The notes: generated from the letters alone by a model not told the origin. Shown: positions 12,897 through 25,195, numbered from the stretch's first letter. The stretch is DNA of 64,000 bases from Leucoraja ocellata (GCA_036785375.1 JAWMAR010000202.1:3162001-3226000), one strand, 5' to 3'. Program-made: numbers and translations.

Positions 12897-13655
12897 TCTT
12901 CCAAATGCTAGGCCACAGCCTTCCCATTTTCACACACCCCAATCACATTGTTCCCGTCGAGGCGATAAACATCTTCCCGTCATATTCCCACCTATATTTC
13001 CGAAGCTATTAATCGTTTAAAGTTTTAAAAACAGCCCGAAAATTCACCCATTTCACAAAACAAAACCCGAGTGATGTCACAATGCACTCGCATGGCAGAA
13101 CAGGACACTTTGGGAGGGAGGGGCACTCCAGCGCTCGCAGTGAACGAGTAGTGGCGCCCGACACCCGGTGGGGAGAGTGATGCTGGAGCAGGAGTGAGGG
13201 CCGAGCCCAGGACTTGGGATGGGGCAGTGACCGGGGCCGAGAAAGAAGCCGCCGCTGGAACCAAGGACAAGCCTGGGTCAGAGACGAGCCAGTAGATGAA
13301 GTTGGGGTCTGCACTGGAGCCCAGGCGGCGGCCAAGCTGACAGCTGGAGTCTACAGCCAGGGCCGGGCCGAGTACGAGAATCAGGGTCTGGTGCTGCTCT
13401 AGGACCCGGGTAGGTCCTGGGGCAGGGAATGAGGGGAGGTGGATGAGGGAAATGACGTGGAGGGAGATGGGGTGGGGAGTGGTGGAGGGAGATGGGGAAG
13501 GGAGATGCCTCCTCCCCATCTACCCTCTCTACCCCCTCCCTCTCTACCCCCCTCCACCCTCCCTCCCTTTCTGCCCCCCTCCCTCTCTAGGGATTGAAGA
13601 GGGAGGGTGAAGAGGAGGAGGAGGAGGGAGTTCTGGGGGATTAAGAGAAATGCGT
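12897..13655 (+). mobile_element. GC-rich non-autonomous element, probably related to the Helitron-like element at 47039-48025
   Basis: Shares TTTAAA..AAAACAGC and TGA(T/C)GTCACAATG motifs, a GC-rich middle and G/A-rich purine tracts with 47039-48025. The 5' end is lost in the gap. Confidence 0.4.
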
Positions 13656-13669
13656 CTCTTCTTATTTCT

Positions 13670-14430
13670 GTAGCCCTTCAATCAGTCATATCCTTGCGAA
13701 TATGTTGTGCATTCTCTAGCACTTTATGACATCATTCCTAAATGATAGTGACCAGAGCTGTACACAATATTCCAAGTGCAGTCTCACCAAAGTATTGTAC
13801 AATTGTAACACAATGTACCAACTCTTTCACTCAATACCCGAGCTGATGAATATGGCTTCTTCACCACCTTGTTTGTGTCACCACTTTTAAGGAACTATGT
13901 ACTACAATAATCAACAGGGCTCCAAGTATATCCTGCCCTGGTTTACCTTGCCAAAATACACAACATCACACGTGTCCAAATTGAATTCCACCTGTCCCGC
14001 TTTCTCCATTGATCTAGATCCAGTTGTAAACTTAGACAACGTCTACACTGTTCATCACACCACCAATTTTAGTGTCATCCGCAAACTTGCTAATCATGCC
14101 ACCTGCATTGTCAAAATCATTAATATATACAACAAACAAGAAAGGATTCAGCATTGATATCGGTGGCACACTACTGGTCACAGGCCTCCAATCTGAAAAA
14201 CAACCCTTCGATTCATTGGAAATTAGAAAGATGAGAGGATATATTATAGAAACATATAACATTCTTAAGGGATTGGACAGGCTGGATGCAGGAAAAAAAG
14301 TTCCCGATGTTGGGGGAGTCCAGAACCAGGGGTCATAGTTTAAGAATAAGGGGTAGGCCATCTCAGATTGAGATGAGGAATAACTTTTTCACTCAGAGAG
14401 TTGTGAATCTGTGGAATTCGCTACCACAGA
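13670..14430. mobile_element. Two CR1 fragments back to back (13670-14205 minus, 14210-14430 plus)
   Basis: Minus: FSDWRPVTSSVP..LNPFLFVVYINDFD..ISKFADDTKIGG (RT FADD motif). Plus: RGYIIETYNILKGLDRLDAG../RTRGHSLRIRG..FFTQRVVNLWNSLPQ. Confidence 0.85.
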
Positions 14431-14431
14431 A

Positions 14432-14940
14432 GATAGTTGCAAATTGGGTATCCAATGTAAACGGTACAAGTGGAGGGTGGGGGGGGGGGGGTAAACTTTG
14501 TGTTCAGCAAAGTGGTCGCTGTGTCTACACTGGATCTCACCTATGTACATGAGCCCACATCGGGAACAAAGGATGCAGTAGATGAAGTTAGAAGAGGTGC
14601 ATGTGAACCTTTGTCTTTATACTTTATTTATATTGGAAAGACTGGGGGTCGCTGGATGGAGGCAAGGGAGGACATATAGGGACAGGTATTACATCTCTAG
14701 GGGAACGTACCTGGGCAGAGGGCATGCTCTGCTGAATGCAGAAAGGGGTGGCGATGGGAAGATGCGATTAGTGGTGGAATCACATTGGAGGTGACGGAAC
14801 TGTCAGAGGATGATGTATTGCATGCGGACTCTGTCGGGGTGAAAGGAGGGGATCTGGGGAGCCCTATCCTTATTGGGTCCGGGGAGAAAGGGAGCGAGAG
14901 AATAAGTATGGAACTCAGAAGAAACATGGGTGAGAGTATG
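14432..14940 (-). mobile_element. PLE fragment (linker/GIY-YIG region)
   Basis: Reverse complement homologous to 5030-5400 (RIGLP..PFTPTESAC..; CTSSNFIYCI..). Confidence 0.65.
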
Positions 14941-15748
14941 AACAGCTAAGTTTTGTACAATTTGGAATTTAGGAGAATGGATAAGGGCCGTAACATTTTT
15001 GTGATGGTGAAAGAATGATGCAGAACAAAAGGCTGGAAACCATTTGGTTTAATATTAATAACCAGCCAACATAAATAATTTATGCAAATTATATAGGATA
15101 CAGGATCTCCCTGAATTACAGATGACTGACTGGAAATCTGACTTTACACAAGTTCCCCCACACATTTTTAAAGCATTTTTCGATACAATAACAAAAATGG
15201 TTTCTGCGCTCATTAATGACTGGACACAGTACTTATTCTAATAGTTTAATTGTGGGTAGTGTTAAGGTGAATATTTAATTAAATTAATATATAACAATTG
15301 TACATAGAGCAATACGCATGGGTTACTTTAATAAATGGACATTGCTGACATAAAGAAGCTTATGGATAGTTCCAAGGAATCAAACCTTGTTTGTGGCAGT
15401 TTTTGACAAAGAAACAGGCTCAGCCAGTCAACAATACTTTATACACATAAACCTTCTCTCTTTCTACACCGAACTATATCAGTGAAACCCTCCATCTCCT
15501 TCTTGCTAATAATTCTCCAGCTGCCTCTTACCATTCGTTTTAACCACTCCTTATATTCGCAATATCCGCATTTACACCACTCTTTAGATAAAGTATCTTT
15601 CAAATTCCCTACTGAATTTCTTGGGAACCATCATACACTCATGGTTTCTCCACATAAACCCTATCAATCCTTTATTCTGCACATGTTTATTGGGTCACCT
15701 CTTATGGTAAATAAAAATGGACCAAGACTGATTTTCCTAGCATGCACA

Positions 15749-16697
15749 TTCCGGAAGTGGCGGCGCTGCCCTGGCAGCAGCGGCTCGCCTGCAGTCCGTT
15801 TGTTTTTAGTTTTTTGTGTTGTTTTTTTCGTTTTGTCTAGTTAAGTTTTTGGTTTTTAGGTTGTGTTTATGGTGGGGGGGGGGGGGGTCTGAAACAGGGC
15901 TTGCTGTCTCTCCCTTCGGGGGAATGCGACTTTTTTGTCGTATCTCCCTTCTCTGCCTCCGTCTGCGCTGAGGCCTAATGGCAGAGCTGGCGACCTCGAG
16001 ACTCCGGAGGCAAAGCCAGTCAGGACTTGCCCTGGGCTCGCTCCCGTGAGGGCGGTCCAGCTCGGGGCTGGAACGGCGCTCCCGTGAGGGGCTGTGACGC
16101 TCCCGTGAGGGCGGCTTGGCGCGGGGCTGAGACTCTCTCGTGAGGGGCTCTGGCGCTCCTGTCGGGGCGGCCCAGCCCGAGGGTGGAACGGCGCTCCCGT
16201 GGGGGCGGCCCAGCTCGAGGAAGGAACGACGCTCCCGTCAGGGCGGCCCAGCTCGAAGGAAGAACGGCACTCACGTGAGGGCGATCCGGCTCGGGGCTGG
16301 AATGGTGCTCCGGTGGCTCTGGCGGCGGTGACCTGAGTCCGGGGTTCAGCCGCAGGCCAGCGGTTGCGTCCGCTGGACTGGAGGGCGGCAGCTTCGACCA
16401 CCCCGGGCTGCGGTGTTTGAGCCGGCCCGTTTGCGGGGTTCGGTGAGCCGCGGGACTGTTTGTACCATCGCCCGGTGGGGTATCGCCTCAGCGCAGAGGG
16501 AGAAGAGGAGGGAAGAGACTGCGGCCCTAAGATTTTTGCCTTCACCACAGTGAGGAGGTGCTTGGAGGACTCACTGTGGTGGATGTTAATTTGTGTTTAT
16601 TGTTGTTTATTATTGTATTATTTTATGTATGACTGCAGGCATAAAATTTCGTTCAGACCGTAAGGTCTGAATGACAATAAAGGAAATTCTAATTCTA
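15749..16697 (+). mobile_element. Non-autonomous non-LTR element with internal GC-rich VNTR and structured LINE-like 3' tail; 5'-truncated copy inverted at ~34438-34730
   Basis: Internal ~37-bp repeats GGCGCTCCCGTGAGGGCGGCCCAGCTCGGGGCTGGAAC (16035-16320); tail AATTTCGTTCAGACC-GTAA-GGTCTGAATGACAATAAA followed by (AATTCT)n. The second copy shares the last ~250 bp. Confidence 0.7.
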
Positions 16698-19600
16698 ACA
16701 TTTTCATATTTCTGCTATCATGCTCGTGAACCCTTGCTGCACCTTTTCTGGTTTCTCCATACCCTTTTTTTAATGGTGAACAGAGCACTTGATTTTAAGT
16801 AAAATAGCCATGTCACATTCAGGTAAAGGGTGTATTTGTAATGCCATCCCTTTGTTGCTCTGCTGGCATCACCTACACCACCTGCAGGATCACTACACCT
16901 AGTATCACATCTTCCAAGTAATATTTTTCCCCTAACATTATATGTATCCAGTTTTACACGTTGTACTTTATTTGCCAATTATTTGTTTATTCTATAAGTT
17001 TATCGATATGCTCCAGTAGTTTGTTGCAGCTCTCCTCAATATTGGCTGCCTCCCAATTTGAAATTACATTACTGATATCTGCATTGTTTAGAATTTACAT
17101 AACAGTCTGTGGTCGAACAATAGGAACACATGCACGATTCAAGTCTGTGCTCATGGAACAACCAGTGATTATTGACAGTTAAAAGTAAAACTGGGTGCTT
17201 CCAATATCAATGATCCCCATGTCTTCTGAGGGGAACATCTTGTCAATAATCAAGCCTTTCAATCCCTCTGGAAGTTATTTTATATGGAAACAGCTACTAA
17301 TAGAAAAAGCTAAGAAAACAGCAGAATTTGGGACCCAAATGGTGAAAATTACCCACACCCTACAAACAATGATCCTAATGTGGGGGGAGGGGGGGTAGAG
17401 TAAAATTAGTGAGGCAAATAATGTAATAGAAATAGGTCAAATTATGTTGAAAATACACTAGCTTATCAGTGTAACAGCTTATTGCAATGTTTAGAATATC
17501 TTTCTTTTTCAAAAAAAGGCCCACTGATGCAATCTATTTAGTTCAACAAGGATTATGAACTTCAAAGACAATGGCAATGGGGAATGCCAGAATTGAGATA
17601 CATGGCAAAATCTGTCAGTCAGAATGGATAGGTGACTGAAGAGGCACGCTTTGCACACACGCATGTACGTACGGGCTCAGGGGAAGGGGGAATGGATAGA
17701 GAGATATGGGAATCACGCAAATGGATGTGAATAACCAATTTACTGGCATGGAGATTAAACACCGTCAGCCTAGCTGGGTAAAACACTGTTTCCACTTTAC
17801 AACAACTAATTGTGTCAAAACATTACAGAACAAGTGGCCATTCAGCCTCTTGGGTCCATGTCATCACCAATCAGCTTTTCCATTCTCCCATTCTATTTCC
17901 ATAGCCTTGCAAGTGTCTTCATTATCCTTCTCTTCCGTCCGAGACCAATTTTAGAATTTAGCAAATTGCAAATTTAGAAATGATACTTTTTAAACCAGAC
18001 TCCAAACTACGAGCGTAAATTACAAACAGTCCCAGCCTTAATTCTTATGGAACATACATAGTACTACTTTCCACTGCCATATACCCCAATTTTCTATTAT
18101 ATCTGTTCCAAAACAATTTATCCAAGACTTTGCATTCTCTGACTTTATTAATGTCTAAAATGGTGTATTTAAAAAAAAGTCTACTGCCATACCACTGTTT
18201 CCTGCAAACCTTTCAGAAATGTGATCACGTTAGTTGGGCAACATTTTCTTTTTCGAAGTCTGCACCAAATTACATGTGCAATTTCCCTGGAGATTTGCTT
18301 CTTATTCATCCTTCAACTAGGTGACTTAGAGAACAAACCTAGTAGCATTTCACACTACTTTCCCTCCCATTTTAACCAAATGGACATCCTCCCCAACAGA
18401 TCAAAATATCCCTAGTCAGTACTGTTGCCTCACCATTATTTTCTTTCCTTATCTTATCTGAACACTTTGCATCCAAGGACACGGAGTACCTGGTCCTCAC
18501 CATATTTAAGCTACATTTCTGTTACTGCCACAACATCCTATTCCCACATAACTATTTGGATTTGCAGCTCACCTATCTTATTCAGTTTGCTCACTTATGC
18601 ACGTATATTAAAAACAATGTTGCCTTGGTATTTCTCATATTTTCCCTTGATGGGACTTTTCTGGCTTTACCTTGCACTAAATGTTATTCCCTTATAATGT
18701 ACCTATACACTGTAAATGGCTCAATTGTAATCATGTATTGTCTCTCCACTGACTGGATAACACACAAAAGCTTTTCACTGTATCTCTGTACATGTGACAA
18801 TAAACTGAATTAAACTAAACTGATATTTTCTGGTCAGCTCCAATCTGTAATGTGATCCAACACTCACTCCTTTATGTGCCCAAAACTTTGTTTCTACTTG
18901 TATATGTCGATGCCCAATCCCCTGCAAATTTACTTAAATCCTAAATTCTAATGTTCACTCTTTCAACAGAAATTGTCACTTTTTAAAAGAATCATAAATT
19001 TGACAAAATATGCAACAATGTACTGAAATGTTAGTTCAGATTGATATTTTGTTTACGGGTAACAACAAATTGTATCCTATTGCCACTATTCAGCCATAAG
19101 TAAAACACATGCGTTTGTAAGAATGACTTCAAACCAAAATACAATCCCGTCACATTTGCAGGCATAAAAAAAGGATCATTTGGTGAGCTCAGAGTCCATA
19201 TTAAGCAACTATAAGATCAGATGGTCCTATAGCAAACTAAATTAATGTAATGATACAAATTAAATTTTTATGGTAGGCATTCAACCTATCTTCAGTCAAT
19301 ATATAAAACTATATTTTATAAAGAATTGTTTAAACAAAATGCGCCACATAACTATAAACAATTCAAGTTATACATTTTCAAATGATATCTCCATGAAATT
19401 AAAACCAATGAGCAGAAATAAACCATACAACTATAAAGTTACTAAACATATTTAATTGGCTGTGATACCTTTTGGGACTAAGATCATGAAACTATTAAAT
19501 AACTATCTTCTCTTTTTTACGTTACCAGAAAAAGCCATTCCAAAGAGCTTCAAGTGCAGGGGAAAAAAACATCTCACTACAAAGAAACTTTAAGGTTTCC

Positions 19601-20399
19601 ATTTGTTTGCAGATTCACATTTGATAATGTGTATTGCAAAATGCAGCATTGTTGACAGGCTTTAACCTCAGAAAATGTTTTCTCAACTGCTATCGTATAG
19701 AGTTCAAAAGTAATTTACCCTTTAAAAACCTGTTACATTAAAGAATTAATTTAATATTTAATCTAAAACTTGAACAGGCAAAAAACAGGAAACCATATAC
19801 CATACAACATTGTCAAAAAGTAGTTCTACACTCTCGCAGCAATGTGCATCTATTGATGTAGATAAGGAACCATGGGACTTGAGGTGAAAAGAAAAAATGA
19901 GTGACATCTGATAAACAAAATTACACATGCAGTCATGTGAACCCACTACAGCATTTTAAGCCCATGACCTGCGTTAAAACACACCGACTTCATCGGCTCT
20001 CAAAATATAATAAATGGCTCTCAGATTCAGTGACTAAAATGAACAAAATGAAATAAGCAAATTCGTTACGTAGAACCAATCTGACTCACTCCCACGTTCA
20101 CTCAGTCTTAATGATTTGTTGTTACTTTACCATCCAAAATATCGTTATGAATGGGTCCGAAATAAATTCAGATGCAGTGTTTTAGTTCGTGTATAAACAG
20201 TGAATGATGTTGGCATCACACGGAGACAACTTGAGCACAAATTGCAACAAGCTTTTTCCAAATCACGGAATCCAAGGAAACTCCAGGAATCCGAGGCAGA
20301 GAAACCTAACATGCCGTGCATTAACATCAGGACAAATGGCCACACAATGGAAAACGCAGACCCCAGTCAACAATTTAAACAACTCCGCCGTCCATTCCA

Positions 20400-21180
20400 T
20401 TGACTCAGAACCCACTGCCCCGAACCCCCAGTCAGTGGCAACCGCGAAGCCCCTGAAGGGGGCGGGCCCTACTTCTTCGCAACACATCTCCCGCGGCCCC
20501 AGTACAAAACACAGCCCGATCCACTCACTCGTCTCCGTCCGGGCAGATCCCAGTCGTCTCGTCGTATTTGGTGCAATAGACGTCCGGGCTGTAGTTGAAG
20601 GTGCCGTCCCGCCTTCTGATGGGCCTCCGCCGTCGCTGGTTCAGGAAATGCCAGTGGAAGCAGGTGAAGGGCCTGTGCTGGGCGCACTTGTGCTGCAAGA
20701 AGAGCGGGCATTGCTCCGTGCGGAACTCCTTAAGGTATCTGCAAAATCAAGGGTTGCAGATTGGCAAGCGACTGGGACGGACGTGCAGGCCGCGAGATGG
20801 GTCCGTGGGACGCGGTGAGGGGGTGTGAGGACGGGCTTGCGGGGGGCGGGGGGGCTGAGGCCTGGGCCTGGCGGGCGGGGGAGGGTCGCTACTCCGAAGC
20901 TAAATTAGCTGTCGTGAAATGAGATCTGCACTGCAGGTTTCCTGCCGTTGGGGGGTTTTGTCCGCCACGGGCGGGTTGCAGGGCGTTCGGGGCGGTCGCG
21001 CTGCGGCGGGCCTCGGTACCTACGTGTAGTGAGACGGTTTCTCGGTCTGAGGAGAAGCGCTCGGCGCAGCTTTCGAAACCGACGGCATTTTTTAGTCAAA
21101 ACAATGGAGTGCGCGTGCGCGGCGCAGAGCGCGCCGGGTAATTGGCGGGACGGTTCAAACGCCGGCTCGGGACACGTGGC
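20400..21180 (-). promoter_or_regulatory. CpG island / UNKL promoter
   Basis: High GC and CpG content, GC boxes (GGGGCGGGG) and GCGC runs around exon 1. Confidence 0.7.
20529..21088 (-). CDS. UNKL: Unkempt-like zinc-finger/RING protein, coding exons 1-2 (exon 1 21088-21024; exon 2 20738-20529); gene continues leftwards beyond the window
   Basis: Spliced translation MPSVSKAAPSASPQTEKPSHYT|YLKEFRTEQCPLFLQHKCAQHRPFTCFHWHFLNQRRRRPIRRRDGTFNYSPDVYCTKYDETTGICPDGD; GT/AG sites in phase. The MPSVSKA start and the CAQHRPF/HFLNQ/RRRP residues match UNKL rather than UNK. Neighbour UQCC4 as at human 16p13.3. No exon 3 found in 1-20500. Confidence 0.92.
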
Positions 21181-21189
21181 TGGAGCCCG

Positions 21190-21560
21190 GGGTGAGACTA
21201 GGGTAGACCCGGGCTAATGGTGGGGAGTTGCGGGGAGACCCGGGCAAGTTGCGGGGAGACCCGGGCAAGTTGCGGGGAGACCCGAGCAAGTGGCGGGGAG
21301 ACCCGGGGGAGACGGGCCAGTGGCGGGAGACCCGGGGGAGACGGGCCAGTGGCGGGGAGACCCGGGCTAATGGTGGGAAGACCCGGGGGAGACTGGCCAG
21401 TGGCGGGGAGACCCGGGCTAGTAGCGGGGAGACCGTGACAGCGCTCGGGCAAGTGGTGGGGAGAGAGACAAAGGGGGTGGCGCGGAGACCGGGCAAGTGG
21501 CGGGCAGATCGGGTCAGCACTCGGGCAAGTGGCGGGGAGCGCCCGAGTAAATCGCCGAGG
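21190..21560. repeat. G-rich minisatellite upstream of UNKL
   Basis: About 14 degenerate 21-33 bp units of GGCGGGGAGACCCGGGC(AAGT/TAAT). Confidence 0.9.
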
Positions 21561-24500
21561 GAAGCCCGGGAGAACGCCCAAGCATGTCGCCATTATCGCC
21601 TCGTATGTCAAAATGTTTGATTAACACTTGTTCCGTTTTGTAAGTCTGCAGTGCTGTTTGTAATTAAATTGTCGTTGAAAAATAAGAGGATGTGGCTTTA
21701 AGCTGAACGAAGAAGTGGACTATGCCAATAACGTTTGTAGATAGGAACTACAGATGCTGGTTATACACCGCAGATAGACATAAAATGACACAATGAAGAG
21801 AAGGAATGGACGACGTTTCGGGTCTGAAGAAGGGTCTCGGCCCGAAACGTCACCCATTCCTTCTCTCCAGAGATGTTGCTGGTCCCTCTGAATTACGCCA
21901 GCATTTTGTGTCGATGACAGTAACATTTACTGGTGTATATTTCGCTAAATAACCACAGACTATGAAGGAGATTTTGATTTTTCGCAGGTCGAACAAGAGT
22001 GCTGTCGAAATAATAACTACATTATTAGGTTGAACCGATGTGATCGTGAAAGTACAATTACTTTAAATAGAATAATTTGATTTTGAACTCCATAACATAC
22101 AATATGCAAATTACTGGAGGAACTCGGTGAATCCGGCAGCACCTGGAAAGAGAGGATAGACACAAAAAAGCTGGAGTAACTCAGCGGGTCAGCAGCATCT
22201 GCAGAAAATAAATATGTGACGTTTCGGGTCTAGATCCTTCTTCAGACTGGACAGGCGATGTTTCGGGTTGGGACCCTGCCTCCATATTACCGTGATGCTT
22301 GTTGTGGCTGATGACTCAAGGCAAACGTTGCCAATGTTATTGAGAACCACCGTCCGTATACATTGCACTCCCACATAACACGTGGAGTTGCTATTGTTGT
22401 GGTGACTCAACGCGCTGAGTCAGATTGTCAGCGAGCAGCTGAGAGAAAACGCTCGTAGCGCCTGAAGTACTCGTTGCTCCAAACAACGCTGAGGTTTTCA
22501 GTATCTTTTGAACAGCTGAAGAGGCAGATATTTTGTTTTAACATCTAAAGGGGTGACTTCCCTAAGGACACAGCGATTACTCGGGTCAGCCTAGACAGCC
22601 GACTGCAGTCTCGGATTCGGGATTCAAGGTACTTGGTCAGCCCAAAGTACCGAATCAGTGGGTTTGTAGCAGCACTGAGCGACACCGCGGCGCAGCAGTT
22701 AGCGCTCGCACCCCTGTTTCAGCGAGTCCGTGTTCGATCCTGACCTCGGATGTTATCAATCTCCTCACTGTTATCAATGGATGTTGGCTGTGGAGTTACA
22801 AGGAACTGCTGATGCTGGAATCTTGAGCAAAAACAAAATGCTGGAGGAACCCAGCGGGTCAGGCAGCACCTGTGGATGGAATGGATAGACGACGTTTTGG
22901 ATCGGGACCCTTCCAGCAGTATTTGATGACCGAAAATGTTGCACCTCCGTAACGGGGCATGGGGCGGAGCTGTTTGAAGTAGTTTGACACCTTGTTGCAA
23001 TTCTGTAACCAATCAACTTCATGATCAAACAAGTTCCTGAACATCCAACTGGAACGTATATTCATTCCTAGAAATGCCGACGTTTCCGGTCCAGAATGTT
23101 CCCAGCAGCCACTCAACCTGAACCGTGAATCAACTTGCCCCGGGCCATTTTCGTAAAAGATGCCCGTGCCTCACTGCTTGGTTAATGAACGAACTACACG
23201 CAATCTGCTCTCATCTGTCGTAGCAACGCTGAAAAGCATTTCTCACATTGGAGTAGTTCAAGGAAGTGTTTGGGAGTTCAGAATTATGGTGAAGAAATAG
23301 CAACATATTTCCAAATCTGGATTAAGTGTTTTGGTGGGAAACTTACAGATGTCGATGGTCCCAAACCTCTGTCTTTCAGGTTTGGGAGATACTGTTGGAG
23401 TTACTTTGGCGAGTAACTAAGGCATTTTTAGGTGGCACAGACTGCAGTGATTAAATATATGAATTTTTAGACTAATGGGTGGAGTGCTGATCAATGGGTA
23501 GCTTTGTCCTAGATAAAACTGTGCTCCTAAAGAATTGCTGGAGCGACACTCATCCAGGCAAGTGTAGTTTAAACCTTGTAGATGGTGTGGGAACTTTGGA
23601 CAGCCAGGAGGTGAGTCATTCACATTAGGATACCCACTTACTCATAATCACCTCTTGGTCATGCCTCGCATTGTCAAGGTGAGAATGTTACTTGTCACAT
23701 TTAGCTCATGCCAACCTGTTTTCTAGGTTTTGACGCAGTATTTGTGGCCGGCCCATTTAAGTTCCTGGTCAAAAGTAACCATAGGTCATTAATGGAGTGA
23801 GACTTGCAATAATAATAATGTTCAAGTGAGTTTATTGTCATGTGTCCCTGATAGGACAATGAAATTCTTGCTTTGCTTCAGCACACAGAACATAGTAGGC
23901 ATTTACTACAAATGTTCATTAATGATAGGAGAAAAATAGGCCATTTGGCCCATCAAGTCTTAATTAATCTTTGTCTTTCAGAATGAAGGCTTAGTCATCA
24001 GAAGTTATTCCAGTAATTTGTTCAACACAATTAAACTAAGTCCCCTTTAACTACTTGGTTTATCTCATCCCCTTTTAAACAACAGTTCAGTGTTAGCGGG
24101 CCTAACAGAAACGTAGTCAAAGCCTCCACAATTTTTCTCCTTTTCTTTGTTTAGTAGGTTAGCAAATATTTCACTCAAGACTGATGAGGTAGCCAGTTTT
24201 GGACAATCTATACCTGATGCTTCCTCCCTTACTGTGTTTATGTCAACAATATTTAAAACACTTTTTCATCAGCTACATGATAAGCATTCCCCCACCCCCT
24301 CTCCTTCCCCTCTTTTTAAACACCGTCGCAACACATTCATTTTACCTACATCCACTGCCTCTTCATATAGGTAACACTTTTACTCACCAATGGGCTACAA
24401 AACTTCCTGAGTTATCCTCTTACACAATGTACTTAAAGCATCATTGGGTTTTATTCATTTTACACTTTGGTGCTTATTAATGTGTCTGAATGAGTTACGG

Positions 24501-24989
24501 TGATATTCATCTCTGAATCATTGGAAACCACCATGCATACACTGGACCACACTTCATGTTATGTTCAGGCTGTAGTGAACTGAATTAATAGGAGTGGGTG
24601 AGGGTAGCTACTTTAAGTACGTCTTGCTTGAAAGCTGCCTCATCCTGGCAACTTACCAGGTCAATAACAAAAGTGCTCTATAGGGGGTACACAAAATTGC
24701 TGGAGAAACTCAGCGGGTGCAGCAGCATCTATGGAGTGAAGGAAATAGGCGACGTTTCGGGCCGAAACCCTTCTTCAGACTGATGGGGGGTGGGGGGGAG
24801 AAGGAAGGAAAAAGGGAGGAGGAGGAGCCCGAGGGCGGGGGGATGGGAGGAGACAGCTCGAGGGTTAAGGAAGGGGAGGAGACAGCAAGGGCTAGCAAAT
24901 GGCCAATGTTCGCTAAGCACTGTCTGTTGTTGTCCCTTCAGCTCTCGCTTCTATCTACTGTCATTTCTCCTCACTTTTGGAATTCTGAA

Positions 24990-25195
24990 GTAGGCTAAAT
25001 GTCTCACACGCTTATCCTGATTTCCATAATTATTTACAGCGCAAAAATTGACAATTTCGGCGGGTTTTAATGGGCCCGCTACGCTGGAAAGAATGGTAAG
25101 TGCCTACCTGCGGTTCATCGCGTGTAATCCACTTGGAGTAGTGTAGCAACAGTACGGGTCATGGGTCATGACCCGACTGCCGTGAAACCTCCCTA
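24990..25195 (-). mobile_element. Terminal fragment of a DNA transposon (TAGGG-ended, hAT-like)
   Basis: Minus strand starts TAGGGAGGTTTCACGG with subterminal GGGTCATGACCC palindromes; CpG-rich relative to the flanks. Other end not found. Confidence 0.4.

Noticed and set aside
15856-16548. 230-aa Pro/Ala/Ser-rich ORF
   Set aside because: Product of the GC-rich VNTR inside a repeat element.
20204-20818. 204-aa plus-strand ORF
   Set aside because: Antisense shadow of UNKL exon 2 and the CpG island.
21155-21620. Overlapping repetitive ORFs / CRISPR-like appearance
   Set aside because: Simple minisatellite with no unique spacers, in a eukaryotic context.
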